NCBI GenBank assembly: GCA_963797555.1 | Contig: CAWCPV010000013.1 | Coordinates: forward strand, 32,001-96,000 | Length of the DNA: 64,000 nucleotides | Direction: 5' to 3' | Source of the DNA: an uncultured Gammaproteobacteria bacterium | Lineage (GTDB): Bacteria > Pseudomonadota > Gammaproteobacteria > CAWCPV01 | Shown: piece after piece, positions 52,944-62,618 of the stretch | Position numbering within the stretch: position 1 is the first letter of the stretch | Layout: each line of letters starts with the position of its first letter | Program-made: the position numbers and the translations under genes | The notes under the pieces: generated by a model | Told to the model about the DNA's origin: nothing | The model's input: the letters and a program-made list of their open reading frames with translations, nothing else | Databases searched by the model: none

Positions 52944-54668
52944 GTGCCAGCGCAGAACGCCGACATCGCGGCGGTCTTCGACGGCATCGCCGACCTCCTG
53001 GAGATCCAGGGCGAGAACGTCTTTCGAGTGCGCGCGTACCGCAACGCTGCGCGCACTTTGAAGGATCTCAGCGTCGAGGTGGTCAGCTTGCTGGCCAAGG
53101 GCGAGGACCTTACACAGCTTCCCGGCATCGGTAAAGATCTGTGCGCCAAGATCGAGGAGGTGGTGCGCACCGGCACGAGCACCAAGCTGGAGGAGCTGAA
53201 GGCGCAGGTGCCGGCCGGGCTCACGGCGCTCCTCAGGGTGCCCTCTCTGGGGCCACAGCGGGTAAAGGCCCTCCACCAACAGCTTGCCATCGACACCCTG
53301 GACCAGCTCTACGAGGCGGCGAAGTCGGGAAAGATCCGTGAGCTGCCAGGCTTCGCGGAAAAGACCGAGCAGCACATCCTCCAGGCCCTGGAGGATCGTC
53401 TGCAGAAGAAGGGTCAGCGTTTTCTGCTGGCGGAGGCGGCGCACGTCGCGGACGCCCTGGCGGCCCACCTCAAGGCCGTACGCGGGGTGAAAGAAGTCGT
53501 GGCAGCCGGCAGCCTGCGTCGTGCCAAGGAGACGGTCGGCGACCTCGACCTGCTGGTCACCGGCCGGCCCGACACCCCGGTCATGGACCGCTTTGCGAGC
53601 TACCACGAGGTCAAGGACGTAGTCTCCAAGGGTACCACCCGCTCGACCGTGGTTCTGCAGTCGGGCCTCCAAGTGGACCTGCGGTTCGTGCCCGAGGAGA
53701 GCTTCGGGGCCGCCCTGCACTACTTCACGGGATCCAAAGCGCATAACATTGCGGTACGCCGCAGGGGTCAGCAGAATGGCCTCAAGATAAACGAGTACGG
53801 TATCTTTCGCGGCGACCGGATGGTCGCCGGCGCCACAGAGGAATCCGTGTTCCGGTCCGTGGGGCTCCCGTATATCGCCCCCGAGCTGAGAGAGGACCGC
53901 GGAGAGATTGAGGCGGCCACGGCGCACCGCTTGCCGTCGCTGGTCGGCCTGGCTGACTTGAAAGGAGACTTGCACTGTCACACGAAGTCGAGCGATGGCC
54001 GTTCCACCGTGCGGCAGATGGCTGAGACGGCTCGCAAGCTCGGCCTGGACTATCTCGCCATCACCGATCACTCCGGCCACCTGTACCCCGAGGACCACAA
54101 GGTATCTGCCGTCAAGCGATACGTGGAGGAGATCCGCCGCATCGATGGCGAGCTGTCGGGCATCGCACTGCTCATCGGGATGGAGGTGGAAATCCTGAGG
54201 GACGGGAGCTTGAGTGTGCCCGACGACGTTCTCAGCAGCCTGGACCTCGTGCTGGGCGCCGTACACAGCCACTTCGACTTACCGCGTGAGCAGCAGACGG
54301 CGCGGCTGCTGCGCGCCATGGACCATCCCCATTTCACGATCCTCGCGCATCCCACCGCCCGCCAGCTCCTCCACCGCCCGCCCTGCGATTTCGATGTCGT
54401 TAAGGTCGTGAGACACGCTCGGCAGCGGGGTTGTTTCCTCGAGGTCAACTCGCAGCCGAAGCGTCTGGACTTGGCGGACATCCACTGCCATCTGGCCAAA
54501 GAGGAAGGCGTGCTGCTCGCCATCGATAGCGACGCCCATGTTGCAGAGGACCTCCTCAATCTGCGCTGGGGTGTCGGACAGGCCCGTCGCGGGTGGCTGA
54601 CCAAGAAGGACGTGCTCAATACTCGCCCACTCGAGGACCTGCGCCCGTTGCTCGCACAGACCATGTGA
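52944..54668 (+). CDS. polX: DNA polymerase X with PHP domain
   Basis: FR.RAY, GSLRR.KETVGDLD, VDLR, YFTGSK.HN, DLHCHT, TDHS, DSDAH. Confidence 0.94.
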   Translation: MPAQNADIAAVFDGIADLLEIQGENVFRVRAYRNAARTLKDLSVEVVSLLAKGEDLTQLPGIGKDLCAKIEEVVRTGTSTKLEELKAQVPAGLTALLRVPSLGPQRVKALHQQLAIDTLDQLYEAAKSGKIRELPGFAEKTEQHILQALEDRLQKKGQRFLLAEAAHVADALAAHLKAVRGVKEVVAAGSLRRAKETVGDLDLLVTGRPDTPVMDRFASYHEVKDVVSKGTTRSTVVLQSGLQVDLRFVPEESFGAALHYFTGSKAHNIAVRRRGQQNGLKINEYGIFRGDRMVAGATEESVFRSVGLPYIAPELREDRGEIEAATAHRLPSLVGLADLKGDLHCHTKSSDGRSTVRQMAETARKLGLDYLAITDHSGHLYPEDHKVSAVKRYVEEIRRIDGELSGIALLIGMEVEILRDGSLSVPDDVLSSLDLVLGAVHSHFDLPREQQTARLLRAMDHPHFTILAHPTARQLLHRPPCDFDVVKVVRHARQRGCFLEVNSQPKRLDLADIHCHLAKEEGVLLAIDSDAHVAEDLLNLRWGVGQARRGWLTKKDVLNTRPLEDLRPLLAQTM

Positions 54669-54747
54669 GCCGGCCCGCGCGACGCATGCCGCCCGACAGC
54701 GGGGTGCCGGCGACGCACCGCACCCGCGCCAAGGCCGGGAGCCACCG

Positions 54748-55296
54748 ATGGCCAAGTTCTACCGACTGCTGGATGACAACCTGCGAAGCTTCATGGCGGC
54801 GCAGCGGCTGTTTTTCACCGCCACCGCGGCAGACAACGGGCGCATCAACCTATCCCCCAAGGGCATGGATACTCTCCGCTGCCTGGACAACCGCACGGTC
54901 GCCTACCTGGATCTCACGGGGAGCGGCAACGAGACCGCGGCCCACTTACGGCAGAACGGGCGGATGACCCTCATGTTCTGCAGCTTCGACGAGCACCCAC
55001 TGATCCTGCGCCTGTACGGCCGCGGTAGGGTGGTGCCACAAGACACATCGGAGTGGGCCAGCCTTCGCCCCGAGTTCCCGCCGCTGCCCGGCGCACGTCA
55101 GATCATCGTGCTCGCCCTGGAGTCTCTGCAGACTTCCTGCGGCTTCGGCGTACCGGTCTACGCGTTCCTGCGCGAGCGTCCCACGCTGCGCGACTGGGCG
55201 GCCAAGAAGGGCGAACAGGGCATCGTCGACTACCGGCGCGAGAAGAACCGCGTCAGCATCGACGGACTGCCTACAGGTATTTCGGACGAAAACTAG
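54748..55296 (+). CDS. Pyridoxamine 5'-phosphate oxidase-like FMN-binding protein
   Basis: NLSPKG, YLDLTGSGNET.AH, MFCSF, TSCGF.VP, N..SIDGLP. Confidence 0.85.
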   Translation: MAKFYRLLDDNLRSFMAAQRLFFTATAADNGRINLSPKGMDTLRCLDNRTVAYLDLTGSGNETAAHLRQNGRMTLMFCSFDEHPLILRLYGRGRVVPQDTSEWASLRPEFPPLPGARQIIVLALESLQTSCGFGVPVYAFLRERPTLRDWAAKKGEQGIVDYRREKNRVSIDGLPTGISDEN

Positions 55297-55608
55297 GCCG
55301 GCGTGCTGCGGTCGACTGTCGGCATAGAGTCGTCCGGGGACGGCGCGTCGAAGTGAATGACACCGGCGTTCTAACAGACCCGGAACCCTTCTGCGGCCGA
55401 AGAAGTCGCCGCCCGGCGGAGCATCGGCGCCGGGACGCACACCTCGGCGAACGCTGATCACCTCGGCCCTTTCCCCGCGATGCGGGCAAGGAAATAGGCA
55501 GAATCCGGACGCCATGCGCCTCCGGACGGTTTGCGTTAACATCCCGGTTCGAGATTGTCGCGGGCCCCGAGGGCAGGGTTCGAATTCAACAGACGCGCAG
55601 AGCATGTC

Positions 55609-56946
55609 GTGGACCCTGGCGCCAGCGCACTGCTGACCGACCTCTATCAGCTCACCATGCTGCAAGGATATTTCGAGCGCGGCATGGAGGACACCGCGGT
55701 GTTCGAGTTCTTCGTGCGCAAGCTCCCCGCCGGACGCAACTTCCTGGTGGCGGGAGGCTTGGAGCAGGCCCTGTGCTATCTGGAGCAGTTCCAGTTCGCC
55801 GACAGGGAGGTGGCATGGCTCGACCGCCTCGATCGCTTCAGTATCGAATTCCTCGATTACCTCAAGACTCTTCGGTTCACGGGCGACGTGGACGCCATGC
55901 CGGAAGGCACGGTGTTCTTTCCCGAGGAGCCGATCGTCAGGGTCGTGGCACCCTTGCCCCAGGCGCAGATCATCGAGTCGCGACTCATCAACCTGCTGCA
56001 CTTTCAGACGCTCATCGCGTCCAAAGCAGCACGCTGTGTGCTGGCCGCACCGGACAAACTGCTCGTAGACTTCGGCATGCGCCGCGCCCACGGCGCCGAG
56101 GCGGCACTGCTGGCCGCGCGTGCCAGCTACCTGGCGGGCTTCAGCGGCACCGCCACGGTGCTAGCGGGTGCGCAGTTCGGCATCCCCGTGTTCGGCACCA
56201 TGGCCCACTCCTACGTCCAAGCCCATGATGACGAGGCCGAGGCATTCGAGAGCTTCGCCAGGGCGCAGCCCGAAAACGTGGTCTTGCTCATCGACACCTA
56301 CGACACGGAGGCAGCCGCGAGCAAAGTCGTCTACCTGGCGCACCGTCTGGCAGGCGCGGGCATCAGCGTCAAGGGGGTGCGCATCGACAGCGGCGATCTG
56401 GCGCAACACGCCATTCGGGTGCGACGCATCCTGGATGAGGGGGGCCTGCGGGACACCACCATCTTCGCGAGCGGTGGTCTGGACGAGCACGAACTCGCGC
56501 GCATGGTCCAAAGGCATGCCCCAATCGACGGCTTCGGCATCGGGACCATGATGGACACGTCCGCAGACGCGCCTTACCTGGATTGCGCCTACAAGCTCCA
56601 AGAGTACGCAGGACGCCCCCGACGCAAGCGCTCGGAGGGCAAGGCGACCTGGCCCGGACGCAAACAGGTGGTCCGCGTACTCGACAACCGCGGGACCTTG
56701 TACCACGATGTGCTGACCACTCAGGATGACGAGCACCCCGGCGAGCCCATGCTGAAACCGGTAATGCGCCGGGCCGAACGCCTGCAGCCCGCCGAGCCCC
56801 TGTCCCAGACGCGGAAGCGCGCCGCCACTGAACTGGGTCGTCTACCCGAGTCCTTGCGCGCCCTGGCGGACGCCCCCCCCTACTCGGTGGAGGTGGCAGC
56901 CGCCCTGCGCTCGCTGGCTAAGGCAGTAGACGAGGGGCGCGTCTAA
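55609..56946 (+). CDS. pncB: Nicotinate phosphoribosyltransferase
   Basis: LLTDLYQLTM, DFGMRRAH, GTMAHS, LIDTYD, GVRIDSGD, AYKL. Confidence 0.93.
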   Translation: MDPGASALLTDLYQLTMLQGYFERGMEDTAVFEFFVRKLPAGRNFLVAGGLEQALCYLEQFQFADREVAWLDRLDRFSIEFLDYLKTLRFTGDVDAMPEGTVFFPEEPIVRVVAPLPQAQIIESRLINLLHFQTLIASKAARCVLAAPDKLLVDFGMRRAHGAEAALLAARASYLAGFSGTATVLAGAQFGIPVFGTMAHSYVQAHDDEAEAFESFARAQPENVVLLIDTYDTEAAASKVVYLAHRLAGAGISVKGVRIDSGDLAQHAIRVRRILDEGGLRDTTIFASGGLDEHELARMVQRHAPIDGFGIGTMMDTSADAPYLDCAYKLQEYAGRPRRKRSEGKATWPGRKQVVRVLDNRGTLYHDVLTTQDDEHPGEPMLKPVMRRAERLQPAEPLSQTRKRAATELGRLPESLRALADAPPYSVEVAAALRSLAKAVDEGRV

Positions 56947-57032
56947 GCCGCGCAGCCCGACAGGCTGCGTGTCGAAGCTCCGGCGCGCGCTCCCTCGCGC
57001 TTGGGCAGTCGTCGGCGCAAAGGTTCCCGCCC

Positions 57033-57123
57033 CTGAGAGCTTGTGAATGAATGTGCTGCGCGTCCCAGCAGACGCGGTTGCCTCAGCCCCCGCCCTCGCG
57101 ACGAGTCCTTCACAAGCTCTCAG
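57033..57123. repeat. 91-bp element with perfect 15-bp terminal inverted repeats (MITE-like, copy 3)
   Basis: CTGAGAGCTTGTGAA (57033-57047) / TTCACAAGCTCTCAG (57109-57123), between convergent genes. Confidence 0.65.
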
Positions 57124-57479
57124 TTGACAGCGGAAGCATCGACGCTGGGGCGGCGGCCGTAGCGGCGGTCGCTCGCGCTCAGCACTCGCCTCAGACAGCG
57201 GATGGTGTCCGCCTCGAAGTCGCGAAAACTCAGCTCCGACCCTAGCTCGGAGTTGCGCACCACCTTCGCCGTGATCTGATGCACTTGGTCGTCCGCGCCA
57301 TCGCAGAGTACAACGGCCACTTCCACCTCTTCATCCAGGGGGAGACGGATGATGCCGGTGTCGATGATCATGCTGCCCACCCCTACCTGGCGTGTCCGAC
57401 CCCGCACCAGACCCAGGCCGCGGCAATAGATGACAACCTGTACGGACAATGGCACTCGGGGGTTACGCAGTGGGTCCAT
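57120..57479 (-). CDS. PilZ-domain protein
   Basis: RNPR.P near the N-terminus, degenerate xSxxG (VGVGSM), AKVVR...G..L.F; GGAGG RBS. Confidence 0.65.
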   Translation of the reverse strand: MDPLRNPRVPLSVQVVIYCRGLGLVRGRTRQVGVGSMIIDTGIIRLPLDEEVEVAVVLCDGADDQVHQITAKVVRNSELGSELSFRDFEADTIRCLRRVLSASDRRYGRRPSVDASAVN

Positions 57480-57820
57480 ATGCAATCCTCCTTTCTTTCG
57501 GCGCGGCCGGCAGGCGACCCTCACCGACTATCCCTTTTGAGCTTGATACGCTTACCGAGGCACCCGCCGCAATGCCGGCCAGAGGAAACGGCGTCCCTGC
57601 CGGACAATGTGCACCCGCTGGTGCAGCCACTCCTCTACGCTACAGACCCAGGCCTCGGCTGGAGCCTCCGCGCTGTCCTCGCGGGCCGAACTGGATGAGG
57701 CTCCTTCCCAGAGTTATCCAGACCGCCAACACCGAAACCGGACCACCCTGGAACGCTGGCAGCACTGCGATCGGGACTATTTTTATATACCCATAAGGCT
57801 ACTCAATGGAATGAGGAGAT

Positions 57821-58456
57821 TTACTGAGGGTCGTCAGGGTTTTCCCTATACCCGCCACAAGCGAGCACCATCTGCACTAGCTCGGACACCGACCGGGCGC
57901 GCATCTTTTCCATCAGCCTGGCGCGGTGGGCTTCGATGGTCTTCACGCTGACCCCCAGTTCCCTGGCCATGGCCTTGTTGGCTTTGCCCGCTACCACCTT
58001 GTCCATCACCTCTCGCTCGCGAGGCGTGAGGGACGCCGTGCGGGCACACAGCTCGGCCCTCTGCGCTCGTTCCTTACGCTGTGAGGCGTCCCGCTGGATG
58101 GCCTGGTGGATACGATCCAGCAACTCCTGGTTGTTGAACGGCTTCTCGATGAAGTCGAGGGCTCCCCGCTTCATGGCCCGAACGGCCATCGGCACGTCGC
58201 CATGGCCAGTGACGAATATCACGGGGATCGCGACGTCCATGGTAACGAGCTGCTCCTGGAGATCCACCCCGCTCATGCCTGGCATTCTGACATCGAGCAC
58301 GAGGCACCCGTGCTGGTCATCGGCGTAAGCGTCCAGGAAAGACTGTGCCGAGGGATAGGTCTTCACCCGCAACCCCACCGACTCGATCAGCCACGCCAGC
58401 GAGTGGCGCACCGCGGGGTCGTCGTCCACGACGAAGACCGTTGCTTCAGGATGCAC
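57821..58456 (-). CDS. FixJ/LuxR-family response regulator
   Basis: VVDDD, LDVRMP, TGHGD, FIEKP, LTPRE..V, NK..A..LG.S.KT.E.HR. Confidence 0.93.
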   Translation of the reverse strand: MHPEATVFVVDDDPAVRHSLAWLIESVGLRVKTYPSAQSFLDAYADDQHGCLVLDVRMPGMSGVDLQEQLVTMDVAIPVIFVTGHGDVPMAVRAMKRGALDFIEKPFNNQELLDRIHQAIQRDASQRKERAQRAELCARTASLTPREREVMDKVVAGKANKAMARELGVSVKTIEAHRARLMEKMRARSVSELVQMVLACGGYRENPDDPQ

Positions 58457-61154
58457 GAGCCGACCCTCCCTGGATCGGCAGGATAAACCGGAAGGTGGTT
58501 CCCGACTCTGGCCCCGCCTCAGCCCAAAGACGGCCCCCGTGAGCCGTGACGATGGAGTGGCTGATGGCGAGTCCCATCCCCATCCCGTGGGGCTTGCTGG
58601 TGAAGAACGGATGAAAAAGTCGATCGGCGCTGTCGGAAGGGAGTCCTGCGCCTCGGTCGGTGATCGCCACCTCCACTTCATCGCCAGCCGGTCTCGAGCT
58701 GACCGCAAGAACCCGCTGCCCCGCCTGCACCCCCCTCATCGCCTCTATCCCGTTGCGCAGCAGATTGAGGATCACCTGCTCGATCTGGACCATGTCGGCC
58801 ATCACAGGCGGCAGTCTGTCCGCGAGATCCAACTGCACCGCGACACCATAGCGGCGCGCCTCCGGGGCGGCGAAGCCGATGGCCTCCCGCACCGCCTCGT
58901 TGACATCCATCAGCGTGCGTCGAGGCTCGCGCTTGCGCACGAAACCACGCAACCGATGGATAATCGCTCCGGCTCGTTGCGCCTGGGCGCTGATCTGCTC
59001 GGTCGCCTCGATCAGGTGGCCCTCCGTAGCGCTCCCGGAGTGCAGCCGCTGCAGGCAGCCGCCCGCGTAGTTGGCGATGGCGGCCAACGGCTGGTTCAGC
59101 TCGTGCGCCATGGTGGCCGCCATCTCGCCCATGGTGCTGAGTCTTGCGACGTGGGCCAGCTCAGCCTCGCGCTCGCGGATCTTCTCTTCGGCCCGGCGGC
59201 GCTCCTGGATCTCCCGCTCCAGGCGCTCGTAGGCCGCGAGCAAGGTGGCGGTCCGCTCCCGCACACGCTGCTCCAACTCGTCGTGGACCCGGCGCAGCGC
59301 ATCTTCGGCACGCTTTCGTTCCGTGATGTCGCGCACGAAATGCAGCAGCACCCGGCGTCCCCCATATTCGATGAGCCGACTGCTGGTCTCTACCGGCATC
59401 TCCGTGCCGTCCTTACGGCGGTGTCGGTGCTCGAAGATCACACTGCCTCCCTGCTCCACCGCCTCGGCGATGGCTGCCAGACGACCATTGACCATGGTCG
59501 GGCAGATTTCATGCAAGGTCAGGCCCAGCAGTTCCTCCCGCGTATACCCTAGCCGCCGGACCGCATTCTCGTTGACGTCCAGAAGACAATGGGTGTGCGG
59601 GTCAATGACCAGGATGGCGTCGTTGGCGTGCTCGAAGAGATCCCGGTACTTTTGCTCGGAGCGACGGACCGCCTCCTCGGCTCGCCGGCGTTCACTGATG
59701 TCCGTGGCTACCCCGATGACGCCGCAACGGCCCCCGCTGGCGTCGTAGAGCGGGCGATACCAGCATTCGAACACCAGGCCGGAGACCTCGGTCACCGAGA
59801 GGAAGCACTCGCCCCCCAGTGCCCGCTGCAGGTCCGAGGAAACCTGCGGCACATGGCGGTACATCTCTAGGGCCGACCGGCCCACCACCTCCCCGGGCTT
59901 CATTCCGAGCGCGCTCAGCCCCCTGCCTTCCGAAAGCGTAAATATTCCTTCGCGGTTGGTCGCGAAAAGCACGATGGGTGCATTGCTGACCACCATGCGC
60001 AGGCGCTCGTCACTCTCGCGCAGGGCTTCTTCCGCCCGCATGCGACCCAGGCTGAAGGCAACGTGGCTGGCGACCGCCTGGATCAACTTTAGCTCCTCGT
60101 CCTGGAATGCCCGCGCCCTGTCGTAATAGATCATGAACTTTCCCAGGAGCCGCTCCTGGTACACGAGGGGCACGAAGGCCATGGCACGGATTCCCTCGGC
60201 CTCGATGACCGACAGGATCGGCCCCAGCTCCGGCGCTTGCCGCGTGTCGGGCACCTGGATGAGCTGTGGATCCGCCACGTCTCGCGGCCACGGGGAGTGG
60301 CCCTCGACCGCCGCCCGGTATGCGTCGGACAGGCCCCTCCAAGCCTTGAAGCGCATCACGCCATCTTCGTCCATGAGCAGCACGGCGAGACGGTCGGGCC
60401 CCAGGGTACGCTGCAGCGTGCTCAGCACCTGCTCATAGACCTGCTCCATGCGCCGCGCACGCCCGATGGCCGTGGTCAGCTCGTAGCTGGCCTCTAACCT
60501 CTCGAAACGCCGCCGCTCCCCCTGCTCGGCACGCAGGCGCTCGATCGCCATCCCGAGCACGCGAGCAACCGCCTGGAGATAACGCACCTCCTCCCGCGAG
60601 AACTGGCGCGGCCGGCGGCTGTAGACGCCGAGCACGCCGAAGGGTACTTGGCCCCCTCCGATGGCCAAGGTTACGCCGCTTTGTACGCCAAGTCGGCGCA
60701 GCGCCGGGGACAAGCCAGTGCGACGACCGGCGGCCCGAGGGCGTAACAACACCGGAGCGCTCCGGGCAAGTGCCGACTCGACCTCAGGCTGCTCCGCCAG
60801 ATCCAGCCGCCGTCCGATGTACTGCGCATCCCATCCCGTTCCGGCGACGACCCGGATCAAGCGTTCCGCAGGCTCGTAAGCGAACAGCGCGCAATAACGC
60901 GCCTTCAGTGACTTGGCGACGATCGGAGCCGCATCCCCCAGCAGGCTGTCCACCCCCGCCGCCGCGAGCGCGGCTTGGGCGAGCTGAGCCAACGCTTGAG
61001 CGCGAGCGCTGTCCGGCGACCGACCAGATCGTTTCTTGCCTTGGGGATCGGCATCGTGCCCGGGCCGCAGCCCAGGGTCCGAACGGCCATTGCCCTGTCC
61101 GCCTCGAAGTTCGACGGCCGGGGTAGGCAAGTCCGGGCCGTGGCGGGCCGTCAT
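58446..61154 (-). CDS. GAF-GAF-PAS-PAS sensor histidine kinase (FixL-like)
   Basis: MGEMA..MAHELNQP H-box, QVILNL..N, D.G.G, PFFT.K..GMGMGL; two GAF and two PAS segments. Confidence 0.92.
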   Translation of the reverse strand: MTARHGPDLPTPAVELRGGQGNGRSDPGLRPGHDADPQGKKRSGRSPDSARAQALAQLAQAALAAAGVDSLLGDAAPIVAKSLKARYCALFAYEPAERLIRVVAGTGWDAQYIGRRLDLAEQPEVESALARSAPVLLRPRAAGRRTGLSPALRRLGVQSGVTLAIGGGQVPFGVLGVYSRRPRQFSREEVRYLQAVARVLGMAIERLRAEQGERRRFERLEASYELTTAIGRARRMEQVYEQVLSTLQRTLGPDRLAVLLMDEDGVMRFKAWRGLSDAYRAAVEGHSPWPRDVADPQLIQVPDTRQAPELGPILSVIEAEGIRAMAFVPLVYQERLLGKFMIYYDRARAFQDEELKLIQAVASHVAFSLGRMRAEEALRESDERLRMVVSNAPIVLFATNREGIFTLSEGRGLSALGMKPGEVVGRSALEMYRHVPQVSSDLQRALGGECFLSVTEVSGLVFECWYRPLYDASGGRCGVIGVATDISERRRAEEAVRRSEQKYRDLFEHANDAILVIDPHTHCLLDVNENAVRRLGYTREELLGLTLHEICPTMVNGRLAAIAEAVEQGGSVIFEHRHRRKDGTEMPVETSSRLIEYGGRRVLLHFVRDITERKRAEDALRRVHDELEQRVRERTATLLAAYERLEREIQERRRAEEKIREREAELAHVARLSTMGEMAATMAHELNQPLAAIANYAGGCLQRLHSGSATEGHLIEATEQISAQAQRAGAIIHRLRGFVRKREPRRTLMDVNEAVREAIGFAAPEARRYGVAVQLDLADRLPPVMADMVQIEQVILNLLRNGIEAMRGVQAGQRVLAVSSRPAGDEVEVAITDRGAGLPSDSADRLFHPFFTSKPHGMGMGLAISHSIVTAHGGRLWAEAGPESGTTFRFILPIQGGSARAS

Positions 61155-61277
61155 AGCGCGTTGCCGTTTTGACCGAAGCTCATCGTCGCTTGCATCGAAT
61201 TCCCTTACCGGATCTGCCCGTTGTCCATCGGTCAGCCCCTTCCTCGAGTTTCGGCCGCACCGGTTCGAGGTGGCATG

Positions 61278-62618
61278 CTACAAGGCGCAGGTACGAAACC
61301 CTGCAAGCACATCCCGCCGGTCGGGCGTGAAGAAGTTCCGCCAAGTGTTGCGCAGCAGCCGGCTGCGCGATGCCCAACTGCCGCCGCGGAGCACTTTACG
61401 CGTGTAAAACCAGGGCTCGGAATATTCCCGGTAGGGGTCCGGAGTGAATCCGGGATATGGAGCAAAGGTGGTGGCGGTCCACTCCCAGACGTTTCCCATC
61501 ATCTGGCGACAGCCGGGCCCGCTGTCCCCGGCAGGCAGCGAGCCCACATCGACGCAGCCCAGCAGTCGCCCGTCCAGGTTTGCCCGGTCCGGGACCGGAG
61601 CCTCGTCGCCCCAAGGGAATTTTCGCTTGTTCCGGACGAACTGCACGCCTTCCTCCAGGGGCTCCGCCGACGCGGCCAGCTCCCACTCCGCCTCTGTCGG
61701 CAACCTGCGTCCCGCCCAACGGCTGTAAGCCTGCGCCTCGAACCAACTGACGTGCACGACAGGGGCGTGCGGACTCAAGGGGAATAGCCCGTCGAAACGC
61801 CGCTCGAGCCACTCACCCCGGTCTCCCCGCACCCAATAAACGGGGCTCTCCGCGCCGACCGTTTGGCGCCAGCGCCATCCTTCCATGCTCCAAAGGTGCT
61901 CTCGTCGATACCCGTCTTCCTCGACGAAACAAGCGAACTCCCGATTCGTCACCGCCGCCCGAGCAATACGGAAGGGCTGCAACGAGACCTCATGCGCCCA
62001 CTTCTCGTTGTCGAAGACGAAGGGCTCGCTGTCGAGGGCGCCCAGCAGATAAGTGCCCCCCGGAATCTCCACGTCACCCGTTAGTGGACCGCCACCCCAT
62101 TCGGGACGCGGCTGACCGGCTCCCGCGATCCGCGGCGCCGGGTAGCCCAGGGTCTGGCGTGTGTACACGAACGCCTCCCCGTGCATGTCTTCATGAAAGG
62201 TCGTGAGTTGGTAAAAATAGGTGTCCTCGGGCGTAGCTAGCCCCCCCCGCAGGCGGGCGAGCAGGGCGTCGTGCACGTGTTCTAGGTATGCTAGGGTGTC
62301 GCGTAGAGATGGCAGGGGCAGGTCCCAGCGGCGGTCGTGGGCGATGGCAATGGAGTCATACAGGGCGTCCGCATCGCCGCGGATCGGCTCGCGGCCGTCC
62401 AGGTGGCGCAGTATCCAGCGCTCGTGGAACCAGGCCAAGTGCCCGATCTCCCAGAGCAACGGATTCACGATGTCCAGGCGCGGGCCGATGAGCTGTTGGT
62501 GATCGAGGTCCGAGACCAGATCGAGAGTTCGTGCCCGGGCGTCCTCCAATATCTCTGCTAGGTAGGCAGTGGGCGCACGTTCCCCCCCGGGTTCAGGAGC
62601 GGAGACCGCCATCGACAT
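61278..62618 (-). CDS. senA: Selenoneine synthase (EgtB-like DinB + FGE domains)
   Basis: NPLLWEIGH, FHEDMH, FDNE, RLPTEAEWE, GNVWEW, RNFF...R.D..AGFR; adjacent to senB and selD. Confidence 0.8.
   Translation of the reverse strand: MSMAVSAPEPGGERAPTAYLAEILEDARARTLDLVSDLDHQQLIGPRLDIVNPLLWEIGHLAWFHERWILRHLDGREPIRGDADALYDSIAIAHDRRWDLPLPSLRDTLAYLEHVHDALLARLRGGLATPEDTYFYQLTTFHEDMHGEAFVYTRQTLGYPAPRIAGAGQPRPEWGGGPLTGDVEIPGGTYLLGALDSEPFVFDNEKWAHEVSLQPFRIARAAVTNREFACFVEEDGYRREHLWSMEGWRWRQTVGAESPVYWVRGDRGEWLERRFDGLFPLSPHAPVVHVSWFEAQAYSRWAGRRLPTEAEWELAASAEPLEEGVQFVRNKRKFPWGDEAPVPDRANLDGRLLGCVDVGSLPAGDSGPGCRQMMGNVWEWTATTFAPYPGFTPDPYREYSEPWFYTRKVLRGGSWASRSRLLRNTWRNFFTPDRRDVLAGFRTCAL

Noticed and set aside
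51276-54272. 998-aa minus-strand ORF and similar long antisense ORFs (e.g. 215-1240, 5755-6849, 7725-8687, 28916-30067)
   Set aside because: Shadow frames of well-supported genes in GC-rich DNA; no recognisable motifs.
56950-56970. Hairpin CGCAGCC-cgaca-GGCTGCG after pncB as a terminator
   Set aside because: No U-tract on either strand, so it cannot be supported as an intrinsic terminator.
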